Of a stretch of 64,000 bases of DNA, positions 1 to 7,372 are shown one piece after another. Location of the stretch: NCBI GenBank assembly GCA_963846215.1, contig CAWJVC010000007.1, positions 27,402 to 91,401 on the forward strand, given 5' to 3'. The position numbers and the translations under genes are program-made. Position 1 is the stretch's first letter, and every line of letters starts with the position of its first letter. This DNA is from an uncultured Acidobacteriaceae bacterium (GTDB lineage Bacteria > Acidobacteriota > Terriglobia > Terriglobales > Acidobacteriaceae). The notes under the pieces were generated by a model that saw only the letters and a program-made list of their open reading frames with translations, did no database searches and was not told the DNA's origin.

Positions 1-1065
1 GCATACTTCTCGGCCGGCGGAATGCGAGGCTTCTATGCGCTCCCGCTCATCGACGACCAGGGGCGTCTCGGCATCCTGTCGTTTGAGAGCAGCGATCCCG
101 ACTTCCTCACCGTGGCGCATCTCGAAATCATTAAGGTGCTGGCCGGTCAGGCCACCGTCGCCTTGCGCAATGCGTCGCTCTATCGGGAAGTCCCGTTCAT
201 CAACCTTCTGGAACCCTTGCTGCAACGGAAGAAGCGTTTTCTCGCGATGGAAAAACGTCGGCGCGGATTCATGATCGCTCTTGCCGCTGCCGCGGGGCTT
301 TTCCTCATCTTTTGCCCATTGCCCATGCGCGTGGTTGGAGACGCTACCATAGCGTCGGCACGCTCTGCGCAAGTGTCCGCTGGCGTCGACGGCGTGGTCA
401 AAAGTGTATACGTCCGAGAGGGCGATTTTGTGAAGCAAGGGACCGTTTTAGCTGACCTTGAAGACTGGAACTACCGCGCAGACTTGGCCGCCGCCGAGGG
501 CAAGTACGAAGAAGCCGTTGCTACGATGAATCGCGCTCTGGCTCAAAATGACGGCGCTCTGGCAGGAACCGAGCGAGTCAAAGTGGACTACTCCCGAGCG
601 GAAGTGGACCGCGCTCGCGAACAATTGAAGCGCACATCTATTAAAGCCCCGTTTGACGGAGTCGTAACCACACCTCAGGTAGCGAATTCTGTCGGCCGCC
701 GCCTTGCGCACGGCGATACCTTCGCCGAAATCATCGAGATATCTCCCATCACCGCCGATGTTGCCATCCCAGAGGAAGATGCCACGTTGCTGCGGAGTGG
801 GGAACCAGCTTCCATCAAACTCGAGAGCTTTCCCCTGCGAACTTTTCGAGGCGACGTAACCCTCGTCAGTCCGCAAAGTCAGGTGGAGTCCGATCGGCAC
901 GTCTTTGTTGCCCGCGTCAGCGTTCCCAACTCGAACGGCGCAATCCGGCCCGGCATGCAGGGACAAGGGAAAGTGTCAGTCGGCTGGCATCCCGCCGGTT
1001 ACGTATTCTTCCGCGGCGCCGCCATGTGGGTCTGGGGAAAATTGTGGTCTTGGTTTGGGTGGTAG
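1..1065 (+). CDS. GAF-domain + HlyD-family membrane-fusion protein, 5' end outside window
   Basis: Frame 1 is open from base 1 (ORF track 22..1065). The sequence shows the end of a GAF-like fold (GILSFESSDPDFLT...ATVALRNASLY) and one hydrophobic helix (MIALAAAAGLFLIF). HlyD-type segments follow (VREGDFVKQGTVLADLED, IKAPFDGVV, IRPGMQGQGKV). Confidence 0.75.
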   Translation, partial: AYFSAGGMRGFYALPLIDDQGRLGILSFESSDPDFLTVAHLEIIKVLAGQATVALRNASLYREVPFINLLEPLLQRKKRFLAMEKRRRGFMIALAAAAGLFLIFCPLPMRVVGDATIASARSAQVSAGVDGVVKSVYVREGDFVKQGTVLADLEDWNYRADLAAAEGKYEEAVATMNRALAQNDGALAGTERVKVDYSRAEVDRAREQLKRTSIKAPFDGVVTTPQVANSVGRRLAHGDTFAEIIEISPITADVAIPEEDATLLRSGEPASIKLESFPLRTFRGDVTLVSPQSQVESDRHVFVARVSVPNSNGAIRPGMQGQGKVSVGWHPAGYVFFRGAAMWVWGKLWSWFGW

Positions 1066-1093
1066 CAAGATATTGGCTTTTGGGGAGCCCCTT

Positions 1094-2005
1094 ATGCCGA
1101 AATCCTATTCTCTCGTCCGCACTCTACTTGCAATCTGTGGGATAACACTTTCGCTTTGCGGCTGCAGCTCCAATCCTGTTGCCGCCGACGCGGCTGCTCC
1201 CCTCCCTTCAAAGCCTCCCGCCGAGGCGTCCAGTCAGAGTCAGCCGACTCCTTCGGACTACATCGCGTCTGGGCCCATCGTAGTCGAAAATCAAGTCGAG
1301 TTGGCTGCCCAGCGCGACGGCGTCGTGACGCAAGTCTTTGTGGAAGCCGGCGCGGCTGTAAAAAAAGGACAGATTCTGGCCCAACTCGATGACCGTCAGC
1401 TCACCGCCGAGAAGGATGCGGCCGCCGCTAAGGCTCGCAGCACGGACGCTGACCTTAAGAACTGGGAGGCAAGCGCCAGAGTTGCCCAATCGGCGCGCGA
1501 CCGCGCCGAACAATTATGGGCGGCGAACATCATCGCCAAATCCGAAGAAGAAAAAGCTAAGTATCAGTACGATGCTACCGAATTTGAGGTCGAGCGCCAA
1601 CGGGAGGACCTGCAACAATCGCAACAGACACTTCGATCTCTAGAACTCGAACTGGAGAAGACCAAAGTCACCGCGCCCTTTGACGGCGTCGTCGCCCGGC
1701 GCTATCTTCATGCCGGTCAGCAGGTCGCCAAGAATGATCATCTCTTCTGGATCTCGGCCGTCGCGCCCTTGCGCGTGAAATTTTCTCTTCCTGAAGCCTA
1801 CCTCGGCCGCGTGCGCAAGGGAACAGATCTGATTGTAGTCATGCCTTCCTCTCCTGGAGACATCCATCCCGCCAAGGTCATGCTCGTAGGCCCGGTCGTC
1901 GATCCTTCCAGCGATACGATTGACGTGACCGCAGAATTGCAAGGACCGACCGGCACATTGCGGCCGGGAATGACAGCCAATATCCGCCTGAAGAATCCTC
2001 AATGA
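1094..2005 (+). CDS. HlyD-family periplasmic adaptor, probable lipoprotein
   Basis: Internal ATG at 1094 with GGGGAG 7 nt upstream. N-terminus MPKSYSLVRTLLAICGITLSLCGCSS looks like a lipoprotein signal with a lipobox. It has a coiled-coil (TAEKDAAAAKARSTDADLKNWEAS...) and HlyD beta-barrel motifs (VTAPFDGVV, LRPGMTANIRL). Confidence 0.8.
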   Translation: MPKSYSLVRTLLAICGITLSLCGCSSNPVAADAAAPLPSKPPAEASSQSQPTPSDYIASGPIVVENQVELAAQRDGVVTQVFVEAGAAVKKGQILAQLDDRQLTAEKDAAAAKARSTDADLKNWEASARVAQSARDRAEQLWAANIIAKSEEEKAKYQYDATEFEVERQREDLQQSQQTLRSLELELEKTKVTAPFDGVVARRYLHAGQQVAKNDHLFWISAVAPLRVKFSLPEAYLGRVRKGTDLIVVMPSSPGDIHPAKVMLVGPVVDPSSDTIDVTAELQGPTGTLRPGMTANIRLKNPQ

Positions 2006-4146
2006 ATCTCGCCGAAGTCCTCAACGTCGCGCTTCCCGAGCTGCCGGCTCGCCGCATGAAGGGATATCCTCGGCTCCATCCCAAGCTGATCTCCGGCGAG
2101 CAGATGGAAGGCGGTGTCCCCACTGTGGTGGCGATGATCTCAGGAGACACCTCGGTATTCCGCTTCACCCCGGCCCAATGGAAGCTGGTCGAGTTGTTCG
2201 ACGGAGAACGGTCCTATCGCGAAATTGCAGAGATGTACTCGCAAAGGACTGGTTTCTACTACACCGAGGATGACATTCGGACCTTTTCCGACGGCCTCGA
2301 AGACGAAGGATTCTTCTACAAGACCTCCATCGAACTTAACATCACTGCCAGCCAGAAGCTCTCCGAAGAGCGCAAGAAGCGAGTACGGAAAAAGAAGATT
2401 GATCTGGCGGTCATGACATTTTCCACCTGGGATCCCGATGCGTTTCTCACCCGCCTGCACCACTCCGTCCGCTTTATCTATTCGAAATGGTTCACTCTCC
2501 TGACCTTGGGCGCTTTTGCGCTTATGTTCCTCATCTTTCTGAACGGATGGCGTGAGATCTCGCGAGATACCGTTGAGTATTACAGCTTTATCGACAAAGG
2601 AGCTGCCGACCTGGCGGAATTCTGGCTGCTATTTTTCGTGCTGGGATTCTTTCACGAATCTGCTCACGGACTGACCTGTAAACACTTCGGAGGAGCGGTG
2701 CACAGGATGGGATTCATGCTCATCTACCTGGAGCCAGCTTTCTTCGCCGACATCACCGAACTGTGGGTCTACGGTGGTAGGTGGCCGCGCGTAGCCGGCA
2801 TCATTGCCGGAATCTGGGTCGAGCTTATGTTCTGCGCCGTGGGGAGCATTGTCTGGTGGGGTACCCCAGCCGGAAGTCCCGTTCATGACTTTGCCTACAA
2901 GATCATGTTGATCACCGGCGTAGCCGTGATTCTGCTGAACCTCAACCCCTTGATGAAACTCGACGGCTATTATCTTTTGGCCGAATTAGTAGGTGTGACG
3001 GACTTGAAGGAGAGTTCTACCCAGTATCTCTCCAGTTGCGTGAAGCGCAAATGGTTCGGTTTGCCAGTGGAGATACCCTTCATTCCCCGTCGTCGCCGCT
3101 GGCTGTTTGCCAGTTATGCTGCCATCTCGGGTTTGTACAGCTACATAGTGCTGTTTGCCGCCGTAGATTTTTGCTATAACGTCTGCTCCCGTTTCAGCCG
3201 GGAATGGGCTTTCTTACCCGCGCTCGCGCTGGCTTTGACCATCTTTCGTTCCCGGCTGCGTTCACTCTGGAGATTTATGCGAGATTTCTATTTGGATAAA
3301 CAACAGCGAGTCCGGGACTGGTGGTCCAAGCCGCGTAAGGCTTTGGCCGCTGTCTTCGTCCTGCTCCTCCTGTTCGCACCGATTTGGCGAGAAACGGTTA
3401 CAGGGAAGTTCTTTCTTGCGCCGGAGCAGCGCTCAGTCATTCGCGCCACCGTCCCAGGAGAAATTACCAATGTCTACACCACCGAAGGAGCCTCGATCGC
3501 TGCTGGCGCCCCCGTGGTTCGCCTGCGAAGCCTTAGCCTGGAAGAGGATGCCGACAAATCCAAGTCGGATCTAACCACCGCCGAAGCAAACGCTCGTCAT
3601 GCGGAACTGTCCTATAACGACCTCGGGCAGGCGCGGGCCGAAAGGCTTTCTCAGCAAGAGCGCTATAACTCTGTGTCCAAACAAGTTGCAGCACTCCAGC
3701 TCTCCAGTCCCATTGCCGGGGTTGTTGTCACTCCCCGACTCCAGAGCTTGGTGGGTACCGTCGTTCAGGAGGGAACTGAGATAGCGGAAGTTGAGGGCGT
3801 CCAACGTCTTCAAGCGCGCATCTTTGTTCCCGAATTCCAAATCAGCAAGGTTGTACCGGGGGCGGAGGTCTCCCTGAAGTTGGAATCTTTTTTTAAGCCG
3901 ATTCGGGGACTGGTCGCCTCCGTGATGCCTGCATCGGAGAGCATTGCCGCTGGATTGCTGCAGCAAAAACAGTATGAGGGAACTGCGTCCCCAAAGTACT
4001 ACCTCGCTACGGTTTTAGTGTTCAACTCAGGCGGCCAACTGCGCCCCGGTATGTCGGGAGAGGCCAAAATCGCTGTCGTACGCAAGAGTATCGCGGAATT
4101 CGTAGGAAAGAACGTTCGTGAGTTTGTTCAGCGGAAACTCTGGTAG
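2002..4146 (+). CDS. Fusion protein: PqqD/RRE-like N-domain + M50 (site-2-protease type) zinc metalloprotease + HlyD-like C-domain
   Basis: The ATG at 2002 overlaps the upstream stop (ATGA). aa 40-106 resemble a PqqD-type winged helix (FRFTPAQWKLVELFDGERSYREIAEMY...DIRTFSDGLEDEGFFY). The multi-TM core carries HESAH (2653-2667) and NLNPLMKLDG (2938-2967). The C-terminal ~240 aa has a coiled-coil plus SSPIAGVV and LRPGMSGEAKI, as in HlyD. Confidence 0.8.
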   Translation: MNLAEVLNVALPELPARRMKGYPRLHPKLISGEQMEGGVPTVVAMISGDTSVFRFTPAQWKLVELFDGERSYREIAEMYSQRTGFYYTEDDIRTFSDGLEDEGFFYKTSIELNITASQKLSEERKKRVRKKKIDLAVMTFSTWDPDAFLTRLHHSVRFIYSKWFTLLTLGAFALMFLIFLNGWREISRDTVEYYSFIDKGAADLAEFWLLFFVLGFFHESAHGLTCKHFGGAVHRMGFMLIYLEPAFFADITELWVYGGRWPRVAGIIAGIWVELMFCAVGSIVWWGTPAGSPVHDFAYKIMLITGVAVILLNLNPLMKLDGYYLLAELVGVTDLKESSTQYLSSCVKRKWFGLPVEIPFIPRRRRWLFASYAAISGLYSYIVLFAAVDFCYNVCSRFSREWAFLPALALALTIFRSRLRSLWRFMRDFYLDKQQRVRDWWSKPRKALAAVFVLLLLFAPIWRETVTGKFFLAPEQRSVIRATVPGEITNVYTTEGASIAAGAPVVRLRSLSLEEDADKSKSDLTTAEANARHAELSYNDLGQARAERLSQQERYNSVSKQVAALQLSSPIAGVVVTPRLQSLVGTVVQEGTEIAEVEGVQRLQARIFVPEFQISKVVPGAEVSLKLESFFKPIRGLVASVMPASESIAAGLLQQKQYEGTASPKYYLATVLVFNSGGQLRPGMSGEAKIAVVRKSIAEFVGKNVREFVQRKLW

Positions 4147-4172
4147 GCAAGTTCTGGGAACGCAGTACACTG

Positions 4173-4212
4173 AAAAAGGAAAAGAGAGACCGGCTCCCCC
4201 AGCCAGTCTCTC
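4173..4212 (-). terminator. Intrinsic terminator of the repeat-peptide gene (possibly bidirectional)
   Basis: Hairpin GAGAGACCGGCT (4184-4195) / AGCCAGTCTCTC (4201-4212) with one mismatch and a 5-nt loop. On the minus strand it is followed by TTTTCCTTTTT. It sits between the convergent stops at 4146 and 4236. Confidence 0.7.
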
Positions 4213-4235
4213 CATATCCTTTCACGACAGGCGCC

Positions 4236-4535
4236 TTAAATTTTCTTGGCGGTCGTTACATTCGGTCCGCGCTTCGCGGTCGTGATATTCGGTCCACGCT
4301 TGGCAGTCGTGACATTCGGTCCACGCTTGGCAGTCGTTACATTCGGTCCGCGCTTGGCAGTCGTTACATTCGGTCCGCGCTTGGCAGTCATTACATTCGG
4401 TCCGCGCTTGGCAGTAGTTAGTCCGGGCTGTCCTTCGACGGCCTGGAGAGGTTGAGTGGAGGCTACGTTCGTCGCGATGATGGCCTTCTTGGCCGCCGAC
4501 AGGTTACCGATCAAGGATTTCTTCTGAATCGACAT
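4236..4535 (-). CDS. 99-aa basic tandem-repeat peptide (39-aa leader-like region + 6 x TTAKRGPN[V/I] + TTAKKI)
   Basis: The ATG at 4535 has GGAGGA 7 nt upstream, a GG-N10-GC promoter about 50 nt upstream, and a hairpin plus U-tract after the stop. Differences among the repeat units are mostly synonymous, which supports this strand and frame. Confidence 0.8.
   Translation of the reverse strand: MSIQKKSLIGNLSAAKKAIIATNVASTQPLQAVEGQPGLTTAKRGPNVMTAKRGPNVTTAKRGPNVTTAKRGPNVTTAKRGPNITTAKRGPNVTTAKKI
4239..4413 (-). repeat. 27-bp tandem repeat, 6 full units (4252-4413) plus a truncated unit (4239-4251), in-frame within the peptide ORF
   Basis: The unit is gtcgttacattcggtccgcgcttggca. Units 4333-4359 and 4360-4386 are identical, and the others differ at 1-3 positions. 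Confidence 0.95.
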
Positions 4536-4584
4536 TTTGTTTTCCTCCGTTTTAATTTCGTCCTTGCTACTCGGCTCTATCGTT

Positions 4585-4600
4585 AGCATCCTGCGTGCCA
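4585..4600 (-). promoter_or_regulatory. Sigma-54 (-24/-12) promoter of the repeat-peptide gene
   Basis: The minus strand reads TGGCACGCAGGATGCT. GG and GC are separated by exactly 10 nt and TGGCAC matches the -24 consensus. It is about 50 nt upstream of the ATG and directly downstream of a sigma-54 activator gene. Confidence 0.7.
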
Positions 4601-4711
4601 AAGTCGAACCACGTCAGCCCCAATTTCGAAAGGGAGCGATATCAGTCAGTTACGGGAAGTCGCGCTATAAGGAAGGGAAAAGCCTGGCCATTCAAATGTT
4701 TGGGGCGTATT

Positions 4712-4769
4712 AAATATTAATCTAGCGTGGATGATATTTTAATCCTTACCGAAGCCTAGATTAAAATTT
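4712..4769. promoter_or_regulatory. AT-rich inverted repeat, candidate enhancer (UAS) for the sigma-54 activator
   Basis: AAATATTAATCTAG (4712-4725) and CTAGATTAAAATTT (4756-4769) are inverted copies (13/14). A third related half-site, ATATTTTAATCC, lies at 4734-4745. The centre is about 165 nt upstream of the predicted start site. Confidence 0.35.
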
Positions 4770-6169
4770 CACGCTTTCCCTATCCCATACTTCCTGCAAA
4801 GGTAATGCATCTTCTGCTTGTCGACCTGCAGAAGGCGGGCCGCTCCGATTTTGCTTCCGTCCGAGCGCCGGAGCGCCGCCGTCAGGTATGCCACCTCGAT
4901 CTTTGCGATTTCCTCGTCAAAATTGACCCCACCGTCGGGAATCAGCATGGACTCCTGGCTGGTCGCGCTGCTGTAGATCAGGCGTTGCGGCAAGTGTTGG
5001 ACCTTAACCACCGGCCCATCGACCATCAGCACCAGCCGCTGCACCAGATTTTCCAGCTCTCGAACATTGCCCGGCCATGTGTCTTCCTCCAAAATATGTA
5101 TAACTTCCGGGTCCAACCGTTTTAAGGGAACTTTATTGGATTCGCAGTAAGAGCGCAGAAAATGGTCGAGCAGCAAAGGTACATCCCCGGGACGATCTCG
5201 CAGCGCCGGAAGAACGATCGGCACCACATTGATTCGGTAATACAAATCTTCCCGAAATCGTCCTGCCCGTACCAATCCTTCTAGATCCTCGTTGGTCGCC
5301 GCAATCAGGCGAAAGTCAATCTTCTTGGGAGTGTGCCCCCCGATCCGGGTTACCGCCCGATCTTCTAATACGCGCAGGAACTTCGCCTGCAACGCCAGTC
5401 CCAGAGTCGCAATTTCATCCAGCAGCAGCGTGCCGGTGTGCGCCATTTCGATGTGGCCAGCCCGGGCATTCCTCGCATCCGTGAACGCTCCCTTCTCATG
5501 GCCGAATAGTTCCGTCTCGATCAGGTTCTCCGGCAGCGCTGCGCAGTTAAGACTGACGAACGGCTTCTGCGCGCGCGACCCCAGAGCCACGATGGCCCGT
5601 GCCACCAGTTCCTTGCCGGTTCCGCTTTCTCCCCGGATCAGCACCGTGCTCGTGCTCTCGGCAACTCTCCGGATCGCCTCATAGACCCGCCTCATCGGTT
5701 CGCTGCCCCCGATCAACTCGCAGAACGATTCTCGTTCCACTTGCTCGTCCTGCCTCTGCCGGCACTCGATATCAAACGCGCGCTTTTCCAGCGACCGCCT
5801 TAGTACATCCCGCACTTCCTCAAAGTCGATGGGCGCCACAAAATATTCATCGACCTTGGCGGCGGCCGCCTGCAGGCGCAAATTGCGGCTACTCGACCGG
5901 GTCAGTCCTACAATCACCAGGTCCGGTTCCATCTTGCGCAGTTCGATCAGGGCGTCGATTCCATCCTGGCTGCGCTCGCCCACCGTGTCGAGATCTAGCA
6001 GCACAGCGTCCGGCGCGCGCTTGTGCATCGATACCGTCAGTTCATCCCAGGTCTCCAGCACGACGAGATCGTGCTCACTTGCCAGATAGGCCTCAGCCTC
6101 GGGCCTGACTCGTTCATCGGTCGTTACGATAACGACGGCGTATCGCTCTCCTTCTGTGCGTGGAGTCAT
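4769..6169 (-). CDS. Sigma-54-dependent response regulator (NtrC family enhancer-binding protein)
   Basis: It has a receiver-like N-domain (DAVLLDLD), an AAA+ core with GESGTGKE, a GAFTDA loop (GAFTGA variant) and RELENLV, and a C-terminal Fis-type HTH (AARLLQVDKQKMHYLCRKYGI). Confidence 0.9.
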   Translation of the reverse strand: MTPRTEGERYAVVIVTTDERVRPEAEAYLASEHDLVVLETWDELTVSMHKRAPDAVLLDLDTVGERSQDGIDALIELRKMEPDLVIVGLTRSSSRNLRLQAAAAKVDEYFVAPIDFEEVRDVLRRSLEKRAFDIECRQRQDEQVERESFCELIGGSEPMRRVYEAIRRVAESTSTVLIRGESGTGKELVARAIVALGSRAQKPFVSLNCAALPENLIETELFGHEKGAFTDARNARAGHIEMAHTGTLLLDEIATLGLALQAKFLRVLEDRAVTRIGGHTPKKIDFRLIAATNEDLEGLVRAGRFREDLYYRINVVPIVLPALRDRPGDVPLLLDHFLRSYCESNKVPLKRLDPEVIHILEEDTWPGNVRELENLVQRLVLMVDGPVVKVQHLPQRLIYSSATSQESMLIPDGGVNFDEEIAKIEVAYLTAALRRSDGSKIGAARLLQVDKQKMHYLCRKYGIGKA

Positions 6170-6464
6170 GGTCCCTCCCCTTTTGCGGCGGCCCCGATTA
6201 TGTCAAAAATTCGACCCTGCAGGATGAATTATTTATTCTTTTTTCTATCGTGTCAGTGCCCTCGTTGATCGTCATACCGAGCGGACGTTTTTGCGCAACG
6301 TGAAAGCTCGGCCGGCCGCGCGAAGCGGGGCGCTCTCTGCCACGCAATAGCCGGGCATTTGGCTCGTTTCCCGATCAAACGGAGCCGCTCCCAACCCTGT
6401 ATGTACTTGCAAAACCCCGCTCGTTCCCGTAACTTTGGACGCATTCTATCGTCATGCTTCATGC

Positions 6465-6803
6465 ATGACGCCCGGTCCTGCGGAGGAGAGTTTGGACATC
6501 AACGTCCGGAAACGTTCACAAGTGCAGTTGATACAGCTGCGGGGCGCGCTTCGCATGGGGCCTGCCGTCGATACTCTGCGCCAAACCCTGGAGGAGGCCA
6601 TCGCCAATGGGGATACCAACATTGTTATGAACCTGTCGGAAGTTCCCATGGTGGATTCCAGCGGAATTGGCTTGCTGGTGCGCCATCTCGCCTTGATTAA
6701 GCAGAAGGGTGGAAATATCAAGCTGGCGCAGCCCTCTAAATTCGCCGTGCAGACCTTGCGTCTGGTGGGCGTTTTGAACCTGTTTGAGATCTTCGACGAA
6801 TGA
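6465..6803 (+). CDS. STAS-domain anti-sigma-factor antagonist (SpoIIAA/RsbV-like)
   Basis: The motif MVDSSGIGLLV carries the conserved phosphorylatable Ser, and the size is about 112 aa. The start could also be the TTG at 6435. Confidence 0.8.
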   Translation: MTPGPAEESLDINVRKRSQVQLIQLRGALRMGPAVDTLRQTLEEAIANGDTNIVMNLSEVPMVDSSGIGLLVRHLALIKQKGGNIKLAQPSKFAVQTLRLVGVLNLFEIFDE

Positions 6804-6873
6804 CGACTCGGCAGTGGAATCTTTCGCTTAAATCAGATCTCCATGCTTAAAATCGAGAACACTATGAGCCCCT

Positions 6874-7314
6874 ATGTCCGCTGAGTGTGGAAGTAACCCG
6901 GAAAACAGCTCTTTGTCGGAGTTGCTCGACCTGAGCGTTCCCGCCGATTCCGAGGCGATTGCCGCCGTCGTCGATACCGTCTCCGAAACCTTGGAGCGCC
7001 TGCAGGTCCCAGAGCAGAAGCGCTTTGAAATCGCCTTGGCTGTGCAGGAAGCCTTAGCCAACGCAGTCGTCCATGGATGCGGCAACGATCCTGCAAAACA
7101 AGTTCGTTGCCAGTTAAAATCTGACCCACAGGGCCGAATTCTGATTAGCGTCGCCGACCCCGGTCCCGGTTTCAGCCCGGATGTCGTCCCCGACCCTAAG
7201 CGTCGCGAGAGTGTTTATGCCGATCATGGCAGAGGCGTTTACCTCATCCGCCAGCTTATGGATGAGGTTCACTTCGAGCGCAGCGGCAGCGAAATCCGCA
7301 TGTGGAAATATTAG
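6874..7314 (+). CDS. Anti-sigma regulatory factor, Ser/Thr kinase (RsbW/SpoIIAB-like, HATPase_c)
   Basis: N-box-like EALANAVVHG, G1-box DPGPGF, and GRGVYLIRQLMDEV. It sits immediately downstream of the STAS gene. Confidence 0.8.
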   Translation: MSAECGSNPENSSLSELLDLSVPADSEAIAAVVDTVSETLERLQVPEQKRFEIALAVQEALANAVVHGCGNDPAKQVRCQLKSDPQGRILISVADPGPGFSPDVVPDPKRRESVYADHGRGVYLIRQLMDEVHFERSGSEIRMWKY

Positions 7315-7372
7315 AGCTCACACCGGATCGGACGCTACAGTCCATGTATTTGTGCATGAACACGAGGCGAAA

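Noticed and set aside
4239-4413. The 27-bp direct repeats as a possible CRISPR array
   Set aside because: The units are contiguous with no spacers. They are in frame within a translatable ORF and there are no cas genes. This is a coding tandem repeat.
4246-4455. Plus-strand ORF of 69 aa (VVTFGPRLA repeats) antisense to the repeat peptide
   Set aside because: It is the mirror image of the tandem repeat. It starts at a TTG with no Shine-Dalgarno sequence and no promoter. In contrast, the minus-strand frame has an SD, a sigma-54 promoter, a terminator and a synonymous-biased substitution pattern.
4536-4601. 22-codon N-terminal extension of the repeat peptide ORF (121-aa version in the track)
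   Set aside because: Its TTG start is part of the TTGGCAC -24 promoter element, so it would lie upstream of the transcription start. The internal ATG at 4535 has a strong SD.
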